A stretch of DNA of 63,824 bases, filler included, from Reticulomyxa filosa (GCA_000512085.1; 22 parts of 22 records of this genome joined end to end with filler, not necessarily neighbours in it), one strand, 5' to 3'. Positions 12,631-25,794 are shown, counted from the whole stretch's first letter. Notes: generated by a model from the sequence alone, not told the origin. Numbers and translations: made by a program.

Positions 12631-13154
12631 CAAACAATATATTCCGTGTTTATTTTATATTATAATATTCGTTTTTCTATCGTTGATTAAATGAAATATC
12701 TTTATTATGTTTTGATTTAATAACCAATATATATAGATACGAATGTCATTTGTAATAATAATGACAATTTTAAAACGCAACTTTTAAGTATTAGTCAAGA
12801 AACACGATCAATAAAACAAAATAAAAAATCAGCAAATCCAAAAAAAGCAAAAAAGAAAATCAACAACTGACTAAATAGTTCTTGAAAAAAATCGGTGCAG
12901 TTATTTAATTGCTGTTGACAAAGCTGTTTTTTAGAATTTTTTTGTGAATTTGCATTTTTCTTTCTGTTTCCGGAGCGAATTGTTGAGGAATTCCAACATT
13001 TTCTTTTAAAGATCATAAAATTTTACCAAAAAGATATGGAAAACATCTATGCAATAGTAAGTCAAATAGTATTATATTATTGAAACTTATAAATGTTGAA
13101 TTATTGGTTACGTGCACAACATTGTTGACACTACAAACATAACAGTTAATTATA

Positions 13155-13309
13155 CAGTATATTGCAAAAAAAACTACCATACATAAATGACACTATATGA
13201 AGAGAATCGATTTTCTCCATGAAAAATAAAGATTGAAACCTAATTTTTTAAAAATATATATACTTATCTTGTAGTTTTTAAATATTAAATTGGTTTTATA
13301 TAAGTTTTT
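13155..13309 (+). mobile_element. Tc1/mariner-type TIR copy, truncated by the contig end
   Basis: TA|CAGTATATTGCAAAAAAAACT...gattttctccatgaaaaat...acctaattttt; collinear with the copies at 30286 and 52813. Confidence 0.8.
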
Positions 13310-13464
13310 NNNNNNNNNNNNNNNNNNNNNNNNNNNNNNNNNNNNNNNNNNNNTTAATTAATTAANNNNNNNNNNNNNNNNNNNNNNNNNNNNNNNNNNN
13401 NNNNNNNNNGTTGATTGTCTTCAAGTTTTTATTGCATTCATTGTGTGGACTTGTGATGAATTGG

Positions 13465-14699
13465 CTAGAAGAAAACGAAATCCAAATCATTATCCAGCAT
13501 TGGATTCGAATATTACACATTACATTTGGATGGATAAATGATTTAGATAAACTAGTTGTCAATTATGTTACGCTCTTTTTTATTTTAGTCTTTCATTTAA
13601 TTTAAATAAAAATAAACGAATATATTTGTTATTTTTTATGATCGCTGTCAACATAGGCGACGAACTTTTTTATTTGACACATTTTATTCATCATCTAAAT
13701 TAATCAATACATTCACTGGACATACCGGTTATGTGTAGAATATTGATTATTCAACATTTAATGATTGTCAATTCATTTGTTCTGGATCATTTGATAGAAC
13801 AGCTCGTGTATGGGATGTTGATAACAACAAATAAATTCAATCATTCAATGGACATTCATCTGTTGTGTATTGTGTAAAATTTTCATCATATCATTATCAT
13901 AATAATTGTCAAAATATCATTTGTTCTTCATCATTTGACGAAATCATTCGTTTTGGGGATTTCAAATATAATAAGCAATTACAAATATTCAATGGACATA
14001 CATTTGGTGTTAATGGAATTGGATTTTCACCATTTAGTGGTAGTAGATATTTGTATTCTGGATCTGGTGACACTACTGTTCGTTTATGGGATATTGAAAC
14101 ATCAAAATCGTAAATGTTTCAATGGACATGCGTCTTATGTTTGGTGTGTTGATATTTCACCATTGCAAAGCAATAATAAAAACGATAATAATAAAATGAA
14201 TAATATTGGTATGATTGGTGGAAATGGATATACAATTTGTTCTGGATCAGATGATCAAACCATTCGAATATGGGATAATGAAACAACAAAACAATTCAAT
14301 TTATTCAAAGGACATACAAGTTATGTGAATAGTGTAAAATATGGATCAAATGAATTATTAAATACAATATTATCTGGATCAAATGATAAAAGCGTTCGTT
14401 TGTGGGATATTCGATCTAGTGAGCAAGTTCAAGTGTTCAATGGACACAATAACTGGGTGTATGCTGTTGAATATTCACCATTTGTAATAAAGAATGATAT
14501 TAGGAATTCAAATGTGATATGTTCTGGACCATGGGATAATACAATTCGATTTTGGGATATTCGATCAAATAAGAAAGAATTGTATTCAATCGAAGGAAGT
14601 GATGAAGGATTTAATGGAATATTATGTCTTAAATTTGTATCATTGGAAAAGAAAGTAAATGATAATGAACAAAAATTAAAAAATGATTGTGGTGTTTAA
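13465..14699 (+). pseudogene. WD40-repeat family pseudogene
   Basis: EENEIQIIIQHWIRILHITFGWINDLDKLVVNY exon, then WD40 repeats collinear with the gene at 1-847; stops at ~13832 and ~14111 and several frameshifts. Confidence 0.88.
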
Positions 14700-14999
14700 A
14701 TTACAAAATTTTTTTGAATTTTTCAAAGTTTGTTTAATTTCAATTTTTAAAATTATTTATTTTAAAATTTGTGTTGTTTGATTTTTTTTCTTAATAAAAA
14801 AGAAGAATAAATCATTTATTGATTTATGAATAAGTTACTTAATGTCTCAAATGGATTTTTTTTTAGTTTTACAATTTTGGGATTGGAGTTAGAGTAATTG
14901 CATAAATTATATGTCTTCATCAATTAATTTGAAATAGGTTAATAATTAAGTTTTTTATTATTTTTAAAATAGAACTACAAATTATTTATACTCAGAAGA

Positions 15000-15490
15000 G
15001 TTAATTTTAATCCAATTTTTTATCTAGTTTTTTAAAATTGGAGTCCTTGATCTCCAATGATAATTGTATGATTTTGATTTTATGTGAAAGGAACCCATTG
15101 ATTGTAATTACTTAATTCACTCGATATATTACTCTAAATGCTTACATATTTCATCAATGTATGTGTACTCCATCCACCAAAGACAACAAAGTTATTTAAT
15201 TGTTGTCTTTGTTGTTTTGTTTCTATCTGTTAGTTTCACTACACAGTGTCCATATGATACAACATTACTTGGATACTCACATACAAATTTGTATTCGTTT
15301 TGATTGTATGATAAGAATAGCAAGTTCTTCATTAAAACTCCACAAATGATGACTTCGTGCTTGTGTGGCACACACATTGAGAGCCAAAAATGGGTTGGGC
15401 AGCTCCTTCAATGTTTGAAAGGGGGTAATAAGATGCTGACTTTGTTTAGTCTGTTCAGTTTCTCTTTCAGGAGATTTTTATGTTGCCCAT
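15000..15490 (-). pseudogene. Truncated Kelch-like family pseudogene
   Basis: MGNIKSP..FQTLKELPNPF/CVPHKHEVIICG/YKFVCEYPSNVVSYGHCVVKL matches the N-terminus of the gene at 21630; frameshifted. Confidence 0.85.
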
Positions 15491-16202
15491 GTTGTTAATG
15501 TTAGTAAATTTTCAAAGTTTTTATTTTTTGTTAAAAAAGGGAACGTGACGGCCTCTTTGAGAAAATAAAAATCCAACAAAAAAGGTATTTTACATGGAAA
15601 TTTTTTTCGGTTATAAAATCAGCTATTAAATTTCGAAGACAATTGAATAATAAAATATTAGCTTTGTTATTATATAATATGCAATTTTTCATGTTTGGGA
15701 AAATACAAATCAACTGATTTGCTCACACAACAAAAGCTAAGCTTACGAAATATTCATGTTATGTTAAAACAATAACAAAAAAGAAAGAATAGTCTGGAGT
15801 CATTTAATATTTCATCCTTTCATTTCAATATCACAATCATTTACCGTTTTTTCCATAAAAAACGGAGACATACTAACAAGTTAAAAAAATACGTAATATG
15901 AACGAAATTATTATTTTTTTGAAAAAGCTTCGTTTCAATGAACGGATAATTAAATGGAAAAGTATTTCCCTTTTTTTAAATGCAAAAGTGGGAGATTTTC
16001 CGTTCAAAACAAATCCAAATTTACAAAAGTCAATAATTATTACTATTTGTTCTTTTCAACCTGTTTGCATTTGCAAGGGGGAATTAGAAAACTCTCACAC
16101 TGAACTTAAAACTCATTCCACTTTTTACAAATCAAATTTATTCAAGTGATATAAAAATTTTCAAACAAAAACACTTCATTTCTTATTCGACAAAAAAATA
16201 AA

Positions 16203-16335
16203 TTATCCCCAAATACGAATGGGACCTTTCAATGAACCATAACACAAATTTACGTCATATGTGACATTCTTTGTCTTATCTTTATTTTTCAATACAATAA
16301 ATTTATCCCATGATCCAGAACATATAGCATTTGAA
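16203..16335 (-). pseudogene. 3' end of a WD40 paralog with an internal deletion
   Basis: SNAICSGSWD^KFIVLKNKDKTKNVTYDVNLCYGSLKGPIRIWG*; lacks the FWDIRSNK..GI segment present at 53433-53622. Confidence 0.8.
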
Positions 16336-17888
16336 NNNNNNNNNNNNNNNNNNNNNNNNNNNNNNNNNNNNNNNNNNNNTTAATTAATTAANNNNNNNNN
16401 NNNNNNNNNNNNNNNNNNNNNNNNNNNNNNNNNNNGTGTCAACTTTCTTTTTTATCTTACTGATACTTTTAAACAATGTTTATCTCTTTGTATTGTTTTC
16501 ACGCTATTATAGGGCAGGCCTCTACTATAGATAACCGAACTCTAAGTGCCAGATTAATTCACATTATGTTAAACTCGTTCAAAACTCTTTTCAATTCTTT
16601 GTTGCTTTCTTTCGTTTTCTTATTGTAATTATTCTTTATTAAGTATTAATTCATACTATACAAAAATAGTTTTAGTTAATGACAATTGAATTGATCATTG
16701 CTTTATTGTAGTTCTACTTTGCATACACTATGGAATCAGTACAATATTATACTTGATATTGAATTTCACAGAATGACTACATTTTATTACAATTGAAACT
16801 GTTCAATGTACAATAAAAAAAAAGATATTATATTTATACAATATTAAGTGAATAAAGTCAAAAAAATATCAAAAAACAAATAATACACTTGCTTTAACAC
16901 TTTAAAATTCGATTGTTATCCTTGCAAGTCTCACCATTGATTATTCAATTCAAAAAATATTTTCATCTTTTTATAAACAAAAAGCACAAAACAAGATACT
17001 GAGTAAGTCGAATACATATTTGCATAATAAATAAATATAGATTTGTGAAAATATATAGTGTTTTGTGTAATCTTATTCAACAAACTTGGTCATATAATCA
17101 CTAATAAATTATTATATCGATATTTTTTGTTTATATACGCATATGTGTATAATATTGTCCTTAAAAAAAAATCTTAGCAAATTGAAAAACGAATATACAT
17201 ACTTATATAAAAAAACATAACTTGTAGTATTTATATCAATGCAATCAACAACTATTTACATTCTTTAATATTACGGAAGTAATATGTTCTAATTGGATCT
17301 TTGCGGATGTCAACACAATATTTTTTTTCCTTCTTCGATAGTCAAATGAAATAAATTGATATTTCAAACAGTTACATAAAAGAAGACCAAATCAATGCTA
17401 TGTAAACTAAGCAATTGTTTGAGGATAACTGTTAGATGTTCAGAGTTTTGTATTATATTGTAGTTAGTGCGTTGTGCTAATGTTTGAGTAAGGTCCCTTC
17501 TTTTCAGTATTATTCTTTTGAATTAGCTCAACTTTTTTATGTATCTGAAAAAAAGATTAACATTGCTATTTAAATTATTACAAAGATTAAAATGCAATGT
17601 AACTTTTTTACTTTATTTATTTTTTGTCATCTTCTGAAAAGTTTAAAAACCAAATTGATTTATTAATATCGAATAATGTATTTGAATAAATGAGAAGACT
17701 TTTGTAAATTGTAATTGCTTTTAAAATATTCAATTGTGACAAAATGTTTCCAGTTTACAGAATTGACAGTTTTAGTGCTAAAACACCACTATTTCAAAAA
17801 AAATTGCTTTGCCACTTTTAGAATAGAAGTTGACGTCGGTATAACGACTATCCCATTTGGAATAATAATCCTTTAGAGCTGCGAAACA

Positions 17889-20214
17889 ATGGGTGGAAAT
17901 GTTGGAGCACTTTGCGGAATGACACATGATCCAACACTTGCAGATCCTACAAAAGAGCCACTACGAAAAGGAGGAGACGAAGACAGCAGTGACATTAACA
18001 TCGAAGAAGTTGCGCCTCTGAATGACAATTCTCCTCAAAGAGTGAGTGATCAAGAAACGCCAATAAGCAGCAACAGTTTGTAAATTTTGCTATATCAATC
18101 CTCAAAAAAAAAAAAAAAACAAAAGCAAAAAAAAAAAAAGTAGGCATTGAAGACGAGGGACCAGATCTACGAAAGATGATCGAGGATTTGACAAAGTCAT
18201 CGTATGATCAATGGATCGAAAGCACAAAAAAAGATAAGGACGCGTTAGTCAATGGAACTATCGACGACAACGAATTGCAATCAGACAAGAAATTTCGGGA
18301 CTTTATTATCGCCATTACACGAAACAAAATAACCTATTTTGAATTGGGTATTCTTTCCAAAAAAAAATATTATTATTATTTATTTTGAACACCAAAAAAA
18401 AAAAAAAATCTTATTTTTTTTTTTTTTTTGCAACACAAATCACTTTTAAAAAAAAAGAAATAGTAATGTCGAATTGGAAAGGGCACTGTAAAGATTTAAT
18501 GGAATACATGAAAAGCAAGTGGCAATGGTGCGAAGAGCAAATGAAAGACCATGAGAACGAACTGAGATATGAGTCCTTGAAAGAGCAGTACGAGTGCGAA
18601 CAAACAAAGGACGTGGATTGGAAAGGGGTGACGAAACAGGCGATCCCGCGAGCTGGAGGGGATGGCAATTGCGAAGGCGTAGTGGCTCAATTCGTGAATA
18701 AACAGCGACTGAGCGAACAAGAGCTGGCCACGTGTCGACGAGTAGTTATGCTTTGGAGATGGCTCGACACAACGCATGGCATTCACACCTTGCATGACGT
18801 ATTCGAATCCAAGCGTCAATTGTGTCTCATTACGTCGGCCTTGGAAGGAGGGGATTTGTTTCATTACATTACTTCCGATTCTATCCGCCCACTTTGGAAT
18901 GAAGTCGCTATTGCCACTTTATTTGCACAAGTTTGTTTGTTTGTTTGTTTGTTTGTTTGTTTGTTAAAAAAAAAAAAATAATAATTTTTTTTTTCGTTTT
19001 TCAAAATGGAAACAATGTTTGCACGTAAACATTTGCAAAGATAATGACAGCGGTGAACAGTATGCACGAGAAAGGCATCGTCCATTGCAATTTGCAACCG
19101 GAACATGTAATGATGGACAAATCGACATGGAGTGCCAAAGTCCAGATTACCAACTTGGAACGGGCCATGCCGTGGCCTTTGGCGAGTCGCACGTCGTTGC
19201 ACGTGCACTCGAATGCGCCGTCCTACGGGGGATACGTTGAGTGCGCCGCTCCTGAGCTCGTCTCCTGCTCCAAGAGGAAAATCGATCTCATGCAGGTTGA
19301 TATGTGGTCGTCCGGATGCATTTTGTTTTTATTGCTTTGTGGGCACTTTCCTTTTTTCGTCGACGCCAATCATTCTACTGTTTCGCTTGATATTGGTTAT
19401 ATATATATACATACATATATATGTATGTATATATAATCAAATTATTATATTCGTCTTGTACAGGCCAATGGATTGACAAAAATGAATATTGGCAAACGCA
19501 TGTGTCAGCAGAGGCTCGTGATTTGGTAAAGTCATTGCTACGTCGAAACGGTAGTGATCGATTGACCGCACAACAGGTACTGAACCATCCATGGATCACC
19601 GCGGCTGCAGCCACAACCACAACCACAGCCACGAAGCCGACAGCAATGCCAGATATCTATTGGCACGAATTGCGAAAGACGCGAATCAAACGCAAGTTGC
19701 AGCGAGGCATGCGATTGCTGCTAGCCGTGGATCAATTGGCTGGATTGTTCGATCCCGATGTCAATCCCTGTTTCGAGTGGGATCATCCCATGTCGTCCGA
19801 CGCACAACTCCAACAATACGCTTCTACTGGTCAAACCACACGTGTCTGCCTTCCTCATCTTCTCAAACCCATCTCTTTGAAACAGCTACGTATATACATA
19901 TACATATATATCTTTTTATGATAAAAGAATGCAAACAATGGGGTGATAATACGTATTATTATTATTTGTATCATCCTCGTCATTGTCATCAAATGAATTG
20001 CAAACAATGGTTTGTTTTAAACTGTTTGTCAATGCGATGCAATTAGATTGGCGAGCGAAGAAAGCGAACCAGAGGAGGACACTCCATGCGTCATCGATAA
20101 TGGAAGCGGCATGATGAAAGCAGGCTTTGCAGGAGAAGCCAATCCCCGTGCTGTGTTTCCTTCCGTTGTGGCGCGACAAAAATATTCGCAAACTTCACTT
20201 AGCTCGCCGTTAAA
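17889..20214 (+). CDS. CaMK-like pseudokinase, probably fused to a C-terminal actin-like domain (3'-partial). Exons 17889-18075, 18144-18347, 18464-18930, 19041-19395, 19464-19889, 19928-19952, 20047-~20214
   Basis: All junctions are GT-AG and frame-preserving. Kinase motifs [78 protein letters not shown]; last exon is actin-like. Confidence 0.82.
20047..20214 (+). CDS. Actin-family N-terminal exon (phosphate-1 loop)
   Basis: [30 protein letters not shown] versus canonical actin [30 protein letters not shown]; preceded by a TTAG acceptor with no ATG of its own before the motif. Confidence 0.92.
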
Positions 20215-20354
20215 GTTAGTTGGTTTGAGGGATTAGTAAAAAAAAAAAAAAAAANNNNNNNNNNNNNNNNNNNNNNNNNNNNNNNNNNNNNNNNNNNNTT
20301 AATTAATTAANNNNNNNNNNNNNNNNNNNNNNNNNNNNNNNNNNNNNNNNNNNN

Positions 20355-21354
20355 GTGGACATGAGTGTACGTTTGGAAGAACAAATCCAGCGATAAAGGC
20401 GACATGTGTCTGCAAATTGTCGTAGTTATTTTAACAAATCGTTTACAAGCGCTACTTTGTTTGAATTTGAACGTATTTCGTCCGCTGGTGCAGGTGTCTC
20501 TTCGCATTCTCATTCGCAGTCTCATCCAAATGAAAACTGTAATGGGCTGAATCAAAAAGAAAAAAAAACTAATGACCAGCAACAGCAACAATAGAAGAAA
20601 GACAGTATTCATTCGTTTTCGTTTATCAAAAACAAAAGCAAAAGCAACAGCAAAACCAAGTTGGGAAACATTATTTAATTGAACAATTGGACGAATGCAG
20701 TCGCTATTGGAAGAAAAGACAGACAATCCAGCAAAAAAAGTAGAGTTCGAATGGTATTATCGAAGTGTTGCATATCTCCTCCACATGTGAGTGATAAGTC
20801 CTCTGGAGTTGTGGCAGTGCTTCCAACAGAATCGCAAATTAGGAGTCAAAGCATGGCAAATGATCATATACCACACCTTATGATGTTGAAGATAGATCTC
20901 ACGAACATTACAATCGTAGGAACCAAGATCAAGATCAAAACAAAAATTGAAAACAAGACCGAAATCGCAGATGATGGAGATATGACAATAACAACACAAT
21001 GAGAAATGATATTGTTAATAAAAATAAGAATAAAAAGAAGGTGCAAATAAAAACAAGTCTTTGTATCGACGTATCTTTGATTGAAAAATATCGGATAATT
21101 ATTCTTCGTTCTCTCGATGAGGAAATGATTACCAAAAAGGTTCGAATTTCCACACGTTGAATAACAATCCAACACACAAACTTTTTTCCAAATCGAAATA
21201 ATCTTGGCAATGGCGACAATAATAACTAATAATAATAATGATAATAACATAGACATATGAGAAAACACAATCGCCAAAGAGAAAGTACAAATGACTAAAA
21301 GCGAAGCAACGTGTACCGAACAGCGAACATTGACAATTGGGAAGCGGATAGGAA
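20355..21354 (+). pseudogene. Decayed low-complexity coding-like sequence, unassigned
   Basis: Q/N-rich codon repeats interrupted by many stops; no domain recognised. Confidence 0.35.
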
Positions 21355-21629
21355 NNNNNNNNNNNNNNNNNNNNNNNNNNNNNNNNNNNNNNNNNNNNTT
21401 AATTAATTAANNNNNNNNNNNNNNNNNNNNNNNNNNNNNNNNNNNNNNNNNNNNAAAAAAAGATTAGCCTTGTATCACTCGTAGTCTTTGAGAAAAATCA
21501 TATTCTTTTATTCCAGTTTATTCACTTTGTATGCCGAATGATTCAAATTTTACTAGTTTTTGTTTTTTCATGTTCTTCCCTTTTTAAAAAAAAATTTGAA
21601 CTACTTCATAGTTCCTCAACATTAACAAC

Positions 21630-22827
21630 ATGAGCAATCAAATCTTTCAAACTTTAAAAAAGTTACCCATTCCACTTCTTGACTCTCAATGTGTGCTACA
21701 CAAACATGAACTCCTCATTTGTGGAAGTTTTAAACAAAGAGCTTGTTATTCTTATCATACACTCAAAAAAGGATACAAACTTATTTGTGAGTATCCAAGT
21801 GATGTTATATTAGATGGGCACTGCGTAGTGAAACTGGTAGATAATAACAACAGCAAAGACAACAGTCAAATCACTTTATTGTCTTTTGGTGGATCTTCAT
21901 TTACAAAAAGACATACATTTGTAATGAAATATGTAAGTGTTTGGAGTAATATATCAAATAAATCAAAAAATCACAATAAGTGGCTTCCTTTCACAGACAA
22001 TCACAATCATCCAATTGTCATTGGAGAAGATAAGGATGATTATATTGGAGTGCGTGCAGTAATTGGTGGAAGCAACAATCATTTATTATTTATTACTTAT
22101 CGATTAAGGGATATTAATGTATTTGATTTAAATACATTTCAGTTTATTAAACATGTTATTTTACCAACTAGAAATTATATTGGATATCATTGCTTTGTAT
22201 CAAATTCAAAAAATGGACAAGAACAAGAAATTATAGAAACAAATGAAGAAAAAAAAAAAAAAATTAGTGAAATGCTGTTGTTTTGTCAAGGTACAAGATT
22301 ATTAATTGAATATAATGAAGATGACAACACTTTTCAATGTTATCAACTATCTGCTTGTAAGGATATTGCATCATTATGTAGATATGCATATGTGTGTATC
22401 AATAATACCATCTTGTTCTTTGGTGGATTGAATGTTTATGACAATGTTGTTTCAAAATCAGTGCATAAGTATTCAATTCGAGAAAACAAATGGATGACAT
22501 TTCAAAACACTTTACCCAGTCCATTGTCTAACTGTGTTGCAATATTGAATGAAGATGATAATTATATACACATCATTGGAGGACAAGGTGATAAAAATAG
22601 AAAAGTATTAACTCACATGAAGACTAAAGTGCGTGTATGGGATCCTTTACAGTTGGTAATGAAATACAAATAAATTTTGCTTATATGAAACTGATTGGCA
22701 AATAATAAATAACAAATAGGCAAAAGATGAAATAAAATTGATTATTCAATATTGGATTCGAAAGTCAAAAATAAAATTAGGATGGATTGATGATTTTGAT
22801 CAAATTATTATGAAATACAGGAAATGA
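21630..22827 (+). CDS. Kelch-like beta-propeller protein of an expanded family; exons 21630-22655 and 22720-22827
   Basis: Intact ORF with GG motifs (LLSFGG, AVIGG, LFFGG..HKYSIRENKW, IHIIGG); phase-0 intron; terminal exon AKDEIKLIIQYWIRKSKIKLGWIDDFDQIIMKYRK*. Confidence 0.9.
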
Positions 22828-25462
22828 AATAAATTTTAAAGAATTACAATTAAAATATCGTTATCTTAAATATGGTTTTATTTCATAATTATGAAAGTAT
22901 CAATTTCTTTTTTAAGTATTTTCAAAACAAATAATAAATTATTCAATAAATGATTTTACTTGCATAAGAATCATTTTAAAAATTTCCTTTGCATTGGCTG
23001 AAATTAGTGGTCATTTTTAGTATGTTTTGACATGACCCAAGTATTTTCTTTCTAATGTGAAAAGTCTATTTTAAAGTCAGGTTTTTTAATTTGCTTTGGA
23101 AAAAATAAAAAAGAAAAAGAAAATATTTGTTCCAGAGCGCTGCCTGCATTAAACTATTTCTTTTTCTTGATATTACAACTGATATCAAATAAAAAAACAC
23201 GAACATAATTGGCGTTTAAACTGATGCAAAATAGTTATTTGTATCGTAATATTATGAACAATAAGAAAACTAATTTTTGAGTAAAGGTTTCTCGCTGTCG
23301 GATTCACTGCAATACCAACAAATACATCTTCGAGAATACATTTAATTTAAAAAACTATTAAGTCATTGTTCTTGTGTTGATATTGCAAAAGAAATATGTT
23401 TTCTTTATCGTTTTGGAGATTACTCACTAATTACGCCTACTATTCGTTGATATCGAAAAAAATGTGCCAAATGATTGATTTGTGTTATTGGAATTTCGAG
23501 TAGGCAGATTTACTGCTAAGCGCACGATTTTTGTGAATGTCGAAGTGGACAAAATAATTCCAGCAATGGCTCGTTTTTGATTACTTTGCGCAACATGACA
23601 TAGGATATGGCTGAAGAAATCGTGTCATCATAGCATTACAAACTTGTCTGTGAATGATCGAACACATGCACAATATACCGTTTGTCAATGTCATTGTTAT
23701 TGGTGATGATGTATCCATCCATGATTCAACTTCTTTTGCTATGGCAGAATAACATGTTTTAGTCACACATACCACATATTCGTTTTCCTCATTCGTCGTG
23801 CTGTATTTACAGCTTGTCCATTCGTGCAATGTTTGTTTATTTCTATGTTCCATGATCCCATCCCCTTTCGTTTGCGTTGCTGCTAACTTTAATGCATAGT
23901 GCAGTTGATGAATATAATTTTGTCGACGACAACACGGCATTGCATGAAATGTGCAAAATAAGCAGCGTGAAGTTGATCCACATGAACTTTGCGGCGGAAA
24001 GACCAAAGCAGAGCTGAGTGAAGAGCACATCCATATGTAAAGCCGTTGGAAAGACCAAAATGCCGTCGTATCATTGCGTCAGAAACAATACAAAATTAAA
24101 AAGAATAACTCTCAACAAGCTAATGTTATTATGCTAAAGTTACAATAAGATTATGAAAAAAAAATGAATTGATATCGTTTTATAAGTAGTATTTCAAAAT
24201 TTTCCATATGTCCCAAAGATAAAATAATTGTTACTTGTCTGGGTTGTAGAATAATTAAACTTGCTCAATGGACTAAAAACTTTGAGTTCATACTTCAAGT
24301 CGCAGATAAAACCTGGAATAAACACTTTAACCAGCCATTTGTAATTCAAAACATTATTTTTTTCTTGAACAATATCCAAAGCAAAAAGGCAAAACAAGAT
24401 TGGAAAAAGATTATGACAAAGAAAACAAAAAATAACAAATTAACCAATTCAACAATATCATATTAAAGCATTAATATTCACACTAAAACTAACGTCGATG
24501 TCATTGTAAGGAATATTCCCTAATGAGATTTAATTCATCAGCTATCCTGTTATTTATATAAATGTCCACATATAATTAAAGACTAACCAAAGATGCAATT
24601 ATAATTAATTTTTTGCCTGTCATTATGCAAGTAAAAACTCCTTTGTGTTCAAGTTCATCATATAATCAGCAATGATACTCAACATGTCATTAATTTTAAC
24701 AATAGTTTTTGCCAAATGTTGCAATACTATCAAATCATTATATATCATTTTTTTTAGTTATGATAAATCAACTGAACAAATATATCATTGTCATTGGAAC
24801 ACAATATTTATTGATTACAAGCCAAAAATTACAAAAATAGAAATCATAAAAATTACCTTTTTCACAAACTTAAAAAAAATATAAATTCCATGTTCAAGGT
24901 TCAAAGTTCCCCTTAATTGACCACAATCTCGTTAAAAAGATAGTTTTTTGAAAGAAAAAAAGATAGAAATGTCAAAAGTAACTGATACAACTGAGACACC
25001 TGAAATCACAGAAACAGCTTAAGGTATTTAATGAAACTTTTTTTGAAAACTTTTTTTTGTTGATTGAACTTAAATCTTAGAACATTTTTCTTAAATAAAT
25101 GAAATTGAATTTAAAAATGAAAAAATAAATGCAATGACAATATATGGAAATGATATGAATGTATAAATGGAAATTAGTGATATTAATATTAATTGAAATT
25201 GGAAAAAAATTGATGACACATCAATTACAGTAAAAGAATAGTTTAAAGGAAATGAAAGAAACATTATTATCGCAATAAAAATGCCAACAACAATAATATA
25301 ATGCCAAGTCAAGTCTTATCACAAATATAACTTATTTCATTAAAATCAAGCAATTTCTGCAAAGAAAAAATATTTATACTGTTTTTGTCTTTTTAATAAA
25401 TATTTTTTTGAACATACTCAAATTAGTAAATTTTTAAAAAACATATTTAAGGATGACTCAAT

Positions 25463-25694
25463 TTATAGATATCTCATTCCACTGTATTTTATAATAATTT
25501 TATCAAACTCATCGATCCATCCTAATTTTATTTTTGAAGTTCGAATCCAATATTTAATAATAAACTTTATTTGCCTTTTTGACTGTTCATTATTTATTAT
25601 TTATTATTTGTTAATCCGTTTTATTAACATAATTTATTTGTATTTCCTCAAAATAAATAAATAAACAAATCATTACCAACTGTGAAGGATCCCA
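25463..25694 (-). CDS. 3' end of a second Kelch-like paralog (5'-partial)
   Basis: DPSQL|intron|SKRQIKFIIKYWIRTSKIKLGWIDEFDKIIIKYSGMRYL*; same intron position as the gene at 21630. Confidence 0.85.
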
Positions 25695-25794
25695 NNNNNN
25701 NNNNNNNNNNNNNNNNNNNNNNNNNNNNNNNNNNNNNNTTAATTAATTAANNNNNNNNNNNNNNNNNNNNNNNNNNNNNNNNNNNNNNNNNNNN

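Noticed and set aside
20355-21354. Stop-codon reassignment as an explanation for in-frame stops
   Set aside because: Broken regions also contain frameshifts, and intact genes here end normally at TAA, TAG or TGA.
23100-24080. Coding-like minus-strand region
   Set aside because: Probably a decayed gene, but no motif I could assign.
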